Source of the DNA: a virus
UHGV virus genome: UHGV-0096747
Length of the DNA stretch: 32,457 bases
Direction: 5' to 3' (one strand)
In this document: positions 26,753 to 32,457 of the stretch, piece after piece
Numbering within the stretch: the stretch's first letter is position 1
Layout: every line of letters starts with the position of its first letter
Made by a program: the position numbers and the translations under genes
The notes under the pieces: model-generated
Databases searched by the model: none
The model's input: the letters and a program-made list of their open reading frames with translations, nothing else
Told to the model about the DNA's origin: nothing

Positions 26753-28870
26753 TCAGATTGGGCGTTGGCTAGCCCTTCCTTTGAATACCATCAATTCCCG
26801 TGAGTAATCTTTTAATCTCTTCCTAAGAACTGTCATCACCTCAGCATCATTCCAACTAACCACCCCTATATCAATCAAATCCAACACTGCTGCAGCGTGC
26901 TCAGAAGGTGTGGGAGCCGGTAACGAAGTATCACCACCAGTGAGCTTTCCACAGTTATTGACAGGACTCCGAGGCGCGGCGATGCCGCTTTTTAAAGTCA
27001 AAGGCTCAACGACCGGAACTTTCGGCACAATGCGCCAGTCCGTCGTTCTGGTGATATGAATATGACGCGCGCCGAGATGCGGCGCGTAAATGCCGACCAC
27101 TCTCTCGACTTCTTCCTCGTACTCGTTAACGTCATCCGACGGGCTACGGGCGACTCTGACAGTCTGGCAATCACGCGGAACATTTGCCCCACCCTGCGCG
27201 CTGATATACAACGCAAAATCACCACTGTCTGCGGCGGCACGTGCAGCCTCAACGCGTTCGTCAAACTCATCAGCAATGCTGACGCCGCGAGGCAATTTGC
27301 GTAGTTCACGGTAAGCCCCCATTGTCGGCAGGCCAACCGTTTTAAATTGCGGGATGCGCCACGTTGACGCCCATGCGGTAACAGCCGCAGCAGTATCTTT
27401 CAGCGGCCTGCCGGTATCGTTATCGAGCTGACCATCCAGTGCATAGCCATCGATGTTTTTTGAGATGTATTTCGCGATATACCCCGCAGCACCGCCCCGG
27501 TTAAGATGTTTTGCCTGAAAACGGTTTCGCGCGGCTCCTCTTTCGTCGCCATCCTCTTTGAGCGCATAGCGACGCATGATTTCGATAATCTGGTTACGCT
27601 GGCGTGGATTACAAAAAAGCATCATATGCCAGTGCGGCGTTCCGTCGTGGTGTGGCTCGACGACTCGCAAACCGTAGACCTGTAAATCATTATCCTTGAA
27701 TGCCGTGCGCATCAGGCTCCAGATACGACAGAGATAACGCTGCGCATCCTTTGGATTAAATGCCTCATCGTTCCAGCCGTGATTAAGCTGAACGGTTTTA
27801 CTTTCGCCTTTTCTGACCTGACGAGTCGGGTGATACTTTGACGGCGCGGTCAGCGTGATAAACATCCCCACATCACCCTCTGCGGCGGCGTAACGCTCAA
27901 TACCGGCAATGGTGTTCATCAGCTCCATCCGGCGAATTTCAGGATTAGAAATACTGCCCATCACCTTACTGATAAGGTCGATGCGCTCGCCGGTTTCCCT
28001 GTTTTCAAGGTCACACGATTTAAGAAATTCCAGATTTGCCTGGCGGCGCGCACGCACATCACGAATGGCGTGTTTACTGGCATAAGGAGAACGGTCTTTA
28101 TTGACCTCCCCGACAGCTATCAGTAACGCTTCATGCCAGCGCATACGCTGGCCTTTAAGCTGATGAGTCCACCACTCATCGTTAAACAGACGGGCAATGG
28201 CAGAATATGCCTGCCTCGTGGTCATCTGCCCTTTACGGTATTTTTTCCAGTAGAGAGGGGAAATATTGAAAGCACGTGCAGCGCCAGCAACATGACCATA
28301 GAGGTGAGCCTGCGCCTCATCCGTAAACAGCGATTCTTTTTCGCCATGCGCATCCACCCAGGCATCGCTGAGTTCCTCATACATCATGAAAAGCTGCGAT
28401 GAGATACGGGCAGCAAACTTTTTCAGCTCCTTGTCATTCATTCCCGGCAGGCGCGCATAGTGGTCACGCTCTGCCAGAAACAGTAACGACGCGTCGGTGT
28501 TCATTTCATGGCGCTGATTCACACGCTCAATGCGCGGCCATAAACGACGCTGAAAAGTGGATGTGAGGAAATAAAACCCGTGTACCGGGCTTTTATTGCG
28601 CCGGATGTAGTCATAGCGTGAAGTAAACAGCGAGCGCAAAAAGTAAGGCAGGCGGTTAATCGTGGATAAAACACCTTGCACCTGACGCATCTCGTCACGT
28701 GTAAGGGGTCTTTCGCGCCCGACGGCCTCGCGTGGCGCGTTCCATGCATAAGCACCGGTAAACGCCTTACCGGTGCCTGCAGCAAATGCTGAAGGAGGGA
28801 CAAAACGCCCGGAGGCTTTAACGGCCATATGAGCCAAAAGCCTCTGAACAACGCCTGCTGAGTTGCTCAA
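26753..28870 (-). CDS. A: Replication initiation protein A (rolling-circle nickase)
   Basis: About 700 aa in the P2 A position upstream of the old/tin island; HUH-like GTPHWHMML and tyrosine motif YIAKYISK. The track start is a TTG; an in-frame ATG at 28828 is an alternative. Confidence 0.85.
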   Translation of the reverse strand: MSNSAGVVQRLLAHMAVKASGRFVPPSAFAAGTGKAFTGAYAWNAPREAVGRERPLTRDEMRQVQGVLSTINRLPYFLRSLFTSRYDYIRRNKSPVHGFYFLTSTFQRRLWPRIERVNQRHEMNTDASLLFLAERDHYARLPGMNDKELKKFAARISSQLFMMYEELSDAWVDAHGEKESLFTDEAQAHLYGHVAGAARAFNISPLYWKKYRKGQMTTRQAYSAIARLFNDEWWTHQLKGQRMRWHEALLIAVGEVNKDRSPYASKHAIRDVRARRQANLEFLKSCDLENRETGERIDLISKVMGSISNPEIRRMELMNTIAGIERYAAAEGDVGMFITLTAPSKYHPTRQVRKGESKTVQLNHGWNDEAFNPKDAQRYLCRIWSLMRTAFKDNDLQVYGLRVVEPHHDGTPHWHMMLFCNPRQRNQIIEIMRRYALKEDGDERGAARNRFQAKHLNRGGAAGYIAKYISKNIDGYALDGQLDNDTGRPLKDTAAAVTAWASTWRIPQFKTVGLPTMGAYRELRKLPRGVSIADEFDERVEAARAAADSGDFALYISAQGGANVPRDCQTVRVARSPSDDVNEYEEEVERVVGIYAPHLGARHIHITRTTDWRIVPKVPVVEPLTLKSGIAAPRSPVNNCGKLTGGDTSLPAPTPSEHAAAVLDLIDIGVVSWNDAEVMTVLRKRLKDYSRELMVFKGRASQRPI

Positions 28871-29093
28871 CCTGCGCGTTTAAATCAGCAAAAGACTTTG
28901 CGCTTCCGGTCAGAATATCGTGATGCATCAGGCCGGAAACGAGCTGGCTTAATTTCGGATAATAACCAACCACCGCCAGCCATTCCTGACCGGCGTTTTT
29001 ACCGCTTTCCGCTCTCTTTTTCTCGTGGAGAATAAACTGAAAGCTGTCACTGGTAACGACATAACGTTCGCCAATTTCAATACGAATACTCAT
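28818..29093 (-). CDS. Early-region hypothetical protein
   Basis: 91-aa ORF in the block of small early ORFs between B and A. Confidence 0.55.
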   Translation of the reverse strand: MSIRIEIGERYVVTSDSFQFILHEKKRAESGKNAGQEWLAVVGYYPKLSQLVSGLMHHDILTGSAKSFADLNAQVEQLSRRCSEAFGSYGR

Positions 29094-29314
29094 ACCGTTC
29101 TCCGGTAATGTTTGTTTTTTGCTTCAAAGACTGACTGGCAGGAAACACAACGCGTGGCTGACGGATAAGCCGCACGACGGGCAGCAGGTATTGGCGCGTC
29201 ACACTCTTCGCAAACCAGCGCAGAAGCTCCGCAATGTTTTACCCTTGCCGCGTTAATCTGACGCTCCAGTAATTCAGCCTGTTGTTCCTGAATAAAATCT
29301 ACGTTGTCCGGCAT
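29090..29314 (-). CDS. TraR/DksA-family C4 zinc-finger protein
   Basis: 74 aa; CEEC-x17-CVSC spacing characteristic of TraR/DksA zinc fingers; P2 early-region position. Confidence 0.7.
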   Translation of the reverse strand: MPDNVDFIQEQQAELLERQINAARVKHCGASALVCEECDAPIPAARRAAYPSATRCVSCQSVFEAKNKHYRRTV

Positions 29315-29619
29315 TACCAGTTCCTTTTGTCGTTAAGTTTTTTAAATTCATCAGCGCAATAGCTGGCAATTTCTGTCGTTAATTTCGTCAGTTCATCCAC
29401 GGAGGAGATTTGCTTGTGAAATACAGCGCGTTTAACAAGTAAATTGACCACATCAGACAGGAGATTTAATTCGTTCTGATAAATCGCGATAACAGACTCA
29501 GTTATTTCGCGTTTTTCTTTATCAAGACCAAGTTGAATAAGAGATAGATCGCCATTTTTCATAACGGTGATTTTTAAGGCGTTATTCAGTAATACAACTG
29601 AACGAGAACAGGACATCAA
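29314..29619 (-). CDS. Early-region hypothetical protein
   Basis: 101-aa ORF, start and stop coupled to neighbours; position. Confidence 0.55.
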   Translation of the reverse strand: MMSCSRSVVLLNNALKITVMKNGDLSLIQLGLDKEKREITESVIAIYQNELNLLSDVVNLLVKRAVFHKQISSVDELTKLTTEIASYCADEFKKLNDKRNW

Positions 29620-29873
29620 AGCACCTCCCCGCGAGACAATCCGATATTGTGAAATTTTTCCGACTCCTGACTGAGCAGCTCGACTATCTCTACGCGGGAT
29701 AACTCCGCCTTTGTGATGTGGCGAATCATGGCGTCAAGATGAGAAGAAAAGCGCGTCGCTGCGTCGGCCTGTGCTTCGGTTCTGGCCTGTTGCAGCAGTA
29801 ATGCGTATTTACCGCACTGATTTTCAGAAACTGTATGCATGACTTTCTCCAGGCAAAAAGAAGCCCCGCACAA
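29616..29873 (-). CDS. Early-region hypothetical protein
   Basis: 85-aa ORF; position. Confidence 0.55.
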   Translation of the reverse strand: MCGASFCLEKVMHTVSENQCGKYALLLQQARTEAQADAATRFSSHLDAMIRHITKAELSRVEIVELLSQESEKFHNIGLSRGEVL

Positions 29874-29903
29874 TTAAGTGCGTTAAAAACTCTGGTTAAT
29901 TAC

Positions 29904-30404
29904 TTAATGCAGATATTGCTCTGGTTTTACCGACGTCAGAATTGTCGGTGCATACTCAAACAGGCTGAATAATTCACGTAATGCACGGAATAAGGCATCA
30001 CGCCAGTAACATGATTCTTCATTAATTCGCCAGTATGGCTGGTTGAATTCTTTTTCAGTCAATCCGGCATGCATAAATAAAGTACGGCGCTGACTGACAG
30101 TTAAAAAGCTAATATATGCATACTCACTTGCACCGACCTGACGGCGTTTTGAGAATGCCCCACGCAGTTCATCAATTGCACAAACCAGCCGTTCACGTTC
30201 GACGTCGTTCATTTCTTCAAAACGCATCGTTGCGTGACGCTGTTTTAACTGCGCATGGAAGCAAACCGTTAGCCGTTCGCGTTCCATCATCTGATTATAA
30301 TAATCGCATGTCTCCTGCCAGCGAGGGACGGCCAGATGCTTACCAATTATCCGGCGCATAGCTGCTGGCTGTTTTTCAACGAGATTGAGCGTCATCACTG
30401 TCAT
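29904..30404 (-). CDS. B: Replication protein B
   Basis: 166 aa as in P2 gpB; position between cox and A. Confidence 0.85.
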   Translation of the reverse strand: MTVMTLNLVEKQPAAMRRIIGKHLAVPRWQETCDYYNQMMERERLTVCFHAQLKQRHATMRFEEMNDVERERLVCAIDELRGAFSKRRQVGASEYAYISFLTVSQRRTLFMHAGLTEKEFNQPYWRINEESCYWRDALFRALRELFSLFEYAPTILTSVKPEQYLH

Positions 30405-30595
30405 TTCCAGACCCTCCGGCTTTTCAGAAAGGTCAGAGCCTTTTTTAACGGACTCTGTTTTTTGGTGCGGATAATGATTCCCTTACGCCCCTTACCGTGG
30501 GTGATGGTGAAGTCAATCGCCCTGGGGCTTTCGTTACGCAATAACTGAGCAATACAACGAGGCTCATTCATACGGTTCTCCTTAACGTGGTTCAC
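30401..30595 (-). CDS. Small basic early protein
   Basis: 64-aa ORF between cox and B, overlapping both ends. Confidence 0.5.
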   Translation of the reverse strand: MNHVKENRMNEPRCIAQLLRNESPRAIDFTITHGKGRKGIIIRTKKQSPLKKALTFLKSRRVWK

Positions 30596-30857
30596 CGAGA
30601 CCTAACCACATCAACCAGCCGTCACGAATCTCTTTAGGACGGCTTTCATAAGCCAGTTTTAGTCCGTTATTCCATGCCGGAAGGTATACCCAATATTCAC
30701 CAGCACGCCCCGATACTGACTGAGGGTCAGTAATCTCAATAACTGGTAATTTCCCTTTCTCAATCATGCCCCTTACAGCTCTTGGAGTTTTACCAATGAG
30801 TTTTGCAAACTCCTGATAAGGCACGGCATCAGTCACGCTTACAAGCTGTCTATTCAT
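30582..30857 (-). CDS. cox: Cox (excisionase and early transcriptional regulator)
   Basis: 91 aa as in P2 Cox; C-terminal GEYWVYLPAWNNGLKLAYESRPKEIRDGWLMWLGLGEPR is familiar; divergent from C. Confidence 0.85.
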   Translation of the reverse strand: MNRQLVSVTDAVPYQEFAKLIGKTPRAVRGMIEKGKLPVIEITDPQSVSGRAGEYWVYLPAWNNGLKLAYESRPKEIRDGWLMWLGLGEPR

Positions 30858-30872
30858 CTGCTACGATTCTCC

Positions 30873-30901
30873 CTTAGTGCTTCTAATGGCTCCTAATGGC
30901 T
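30873..30901. promoter_or_regulatory. Putative immunity operator: three helically phased direct repeats in the cox/C switch region
   Basis: CTAATGGCT at 30883..30891 and 30893..30901 (exact), and degenerate CTTAGTGCT at 30873..30881, all at 10-bp spacing between divergent cox and C. Confidence 0.45.
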
Positions 30902-30978
30902 AATTATTGCCTAAAAGGATAACTCCAGAAGCGCAACATTTCACACTATCAGCAAGAAATTACGCAATCGGAGTAATT

Positions 30979-31278
30979 ATGTCAATAGACGTTTCGGAGA
31001 AGTTGAAGCTAATCCGTGAATCTGAAAGGTTAAACCGTAAAGAATTCAGTGAATTAACTGGTGTAGCCTACAGCTCACTTTCGAGCTATGAGAGCCGGTC
31101 AAAAAACGCTGGAGTTGAAGCCATAATGAAGGTCTTACAACATCCCAGATTTACTAAATATACTTTGTGGTTCATGACTGATCAGGTAGCTCCAGAAGCC
31201 GGGCAAATTGCGCCCGCTCTCGCACACTTTGGGCAAAACGAAACAACGTCGCCCCACTCCGGTCAAAAGACTGGTTAA
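30979..31278 (+). CDS. C: Immunity repressor C
   Basis: 99 aa from the ATG at 30979 with GGAG Shine-Dalgarno; position between cox and int; helix-turn-helix-like N-terminus. The track ORF starts upstream at an alternative codon. Confidence 0.8.
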   Translation: MSIDVSEKLKLIRESERLNRKEFSELTGVAYSSLSSYESRSKNAGVEAIMKVLQHPRFTKYTLWFMTDQVAPEAGQIAPALAHFGQNETTSPHSGQKTG

Positions 31279-31393
31279 CAATTTATCGCGAATATATTCA
31301 TCACAAGTGCCTACTATTGGTGGCTAAATTTCAGCCACCACGAAAAAAGCGATTAGTAGTAGCAAAAAAAAGTACCACTCGGAGGGTTTTCTG

Positions 31394-32407
31394 ATGGCAA
31401 TCAAAAAACTCGATGATGGTCGATATGAAGTGGACATCCGCCCTACTGGACGTAACGGAAAACGCATCCGTAGGAAGTTTGATAAGAAAAGCGAAGCTGT
31501 CGCTTTCGAAAAATACACGTTGTACAACCACCACAATAAAGAATGGCTATCAAAACCAACAGACAAACGACGTCTGTCGGAACTGACACAGATCTGGTGG
31601 GATTTAAAGGGTAAACACGAAGAGCATGGGAAATCTAATCTTGGAAAAATTGAAATCTTCACAAAAATAACGAATGACCCATGCGCATTTCAAATCACGA
31701 AATCCCTTATCAGCCAGTACTGCGCCACCCGAAGAAGTCAGGGTATTAAACCTTCGAGTATCAATCGTGATTTAACATGTATTAGCGGCATGTTTACAGC
31801 CCTGATTGAAGCGGAGTTATTCTTTGGTGAGCACCCTATCAGAGGGACAAAGAGGCTTAAGGAGGAAAAACCAGAAACAGGCTATCTCACACAGGAAGAA
31901 ATTGCCTTACTGCTTGCAGCACTTGACGGCGACAACAAAAAGATTGCGATTCTTTGCCTGAGTACAGGAGCACGTTGGGGAGAAGCAGCTCGTTTGAAAG
32001 CAGAAAATATCATCCATAACCGCGTCACGTTTGTTAAAACGAAAACAAACAAACCACGCACCGTCCCGATCTCAGAGGCTGTTGCCAAAATGATCGCGGA
32101 TAACAAACGAGGTTTTTTATTCCCTGATGCTGATTACCCTCGCTTCAGAAGAACAATGAAAGCAATAAAACCGGATTTGCCAATGGGGCAAGCCACACAT
32201 GCACTAAGGCACAGCTTTGCCACTCATTTCATGATTAATGGAGGAAGTATTATCACGCTACAACGGATACTAGGTCACACGCGGATTGAGCAAACTATGG
32301 TTTACGCTCATTTTGCGCCAGAGTACCTTCAGGACGCCATTTCTCTTAATCCGCTAAGAGGTGGTACTGAGGCCGAGAGTGTCCACACAGTGTCCACAGT
32401 AGAGTAA
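31394..32407 (+). CDS. int: Tyrosine integrase
   Basis: 337 aa as in P2 Int; C-terminal R...H-x-x-R...Y tyrosine-recombinase signature (ATHALRHSFATH ... LGHTRIEQTMVYAHF); GGAGGG Shine-Dalgarno. Confidence 0.9.
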   Translation: MAIKKLDDGRYEVDIRPTGRNGKRIRRKFDKKSEAVAFEKYTLYNHHNKEWLSKPTDKRRLSELTQIWWDLKGKHEEHGKSNLGKIEIFTKITNDPCAFQITKSLISQYCATRRSQGIKPSSINRDLTCISGMFTALIEAELFFGEHPIRGTKRLKEEKPETGYLTQEEIALLLAALDGDNKKIAILCLSTGARWGEAARLKAENIIHNRVTFVKTKTNKPRTVPISEAVAKMIADNKRGFLFPDADYPRFRRTMKAIKPDLPMGQATHALRHSFATHFMINGGSIITLQRILGHTRIEQTMVYAHFAPEYLQDAISLNPLRGGTEAESVHTVSTVE

Positions 32408-32457
32408 CGTTTAAGGGCTTTCAGTGGTAATTTATGCCGCTCAAACCCGCATTGTAC

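Larger units (their letters stand above)
145..32457 (-). mobile_element. Integrated P2-like prophage, complete gene set from att core to int; second att copy expected just beyond the window
   Basis: Gene order ogr-D-U-T-E-FII-FI-(Z/fun)-G-H-I-J-W-V-orf30-S-R-lysis-X-L-M-N-O-P-Q-cos-(old/tin)-A-B-cox-C-int is the P2 prophage order; cos lies internally, as expected for an integrated copy. Confidence 0.85.

Noticed and set aside
31324-31662. 112-aa minus-strand ORF overlapping the integrase start
   Set aside because: Overlaps the well-supported int gene on the opposite strand; no start context.

Overview
This window is essentially one complete integrated P2-like (Peduovirus-type) prophage, read in reverse relative to the usual P2 map. 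From left to right: a 27-bp att core (145..171), ogr, the tail genes D-U-T-E/E'-FII-FI, a cargo island at the Z/fun position, tail fibre and baseplate genes G-H-I-J-W-V, an AT-rich antisense orf30-like gene, S-R, the lysis cassette (lysC/lysB/lysA/K/Y), X-L-M-N-O, divergent P-Q, the cos site (24218..24236), a second cargo island at the old/tin position, then the early genes A, four small ORFs, B, cox, C and int at the right edge. Gene calls rest on P2 gene order, on ORF lengths that match my recollection of the P2 proteins, and on motifs I can read directly; no database search was run. The backbone is GC-rich (about 55-57% on sampled lines) while both cargo islands and the orf30-like gene are strongly AT-rich (about 23-35%). 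The most interesting region is the old/tin-position island (24369..26527): in place of old/tin it carries a tightly packed four-ORF operon whose first gene has GHKL/Bergerat-fold ATPase motifs plus a STAS-like motif, which I cannot assign to any named defence system. The Z/fun-position island (about 7136..8856) carries a single-pass membrane protein and two small proteins. Coordinates for sites smaller than ORFs were counted by hand and may be off by a few nucleotides.
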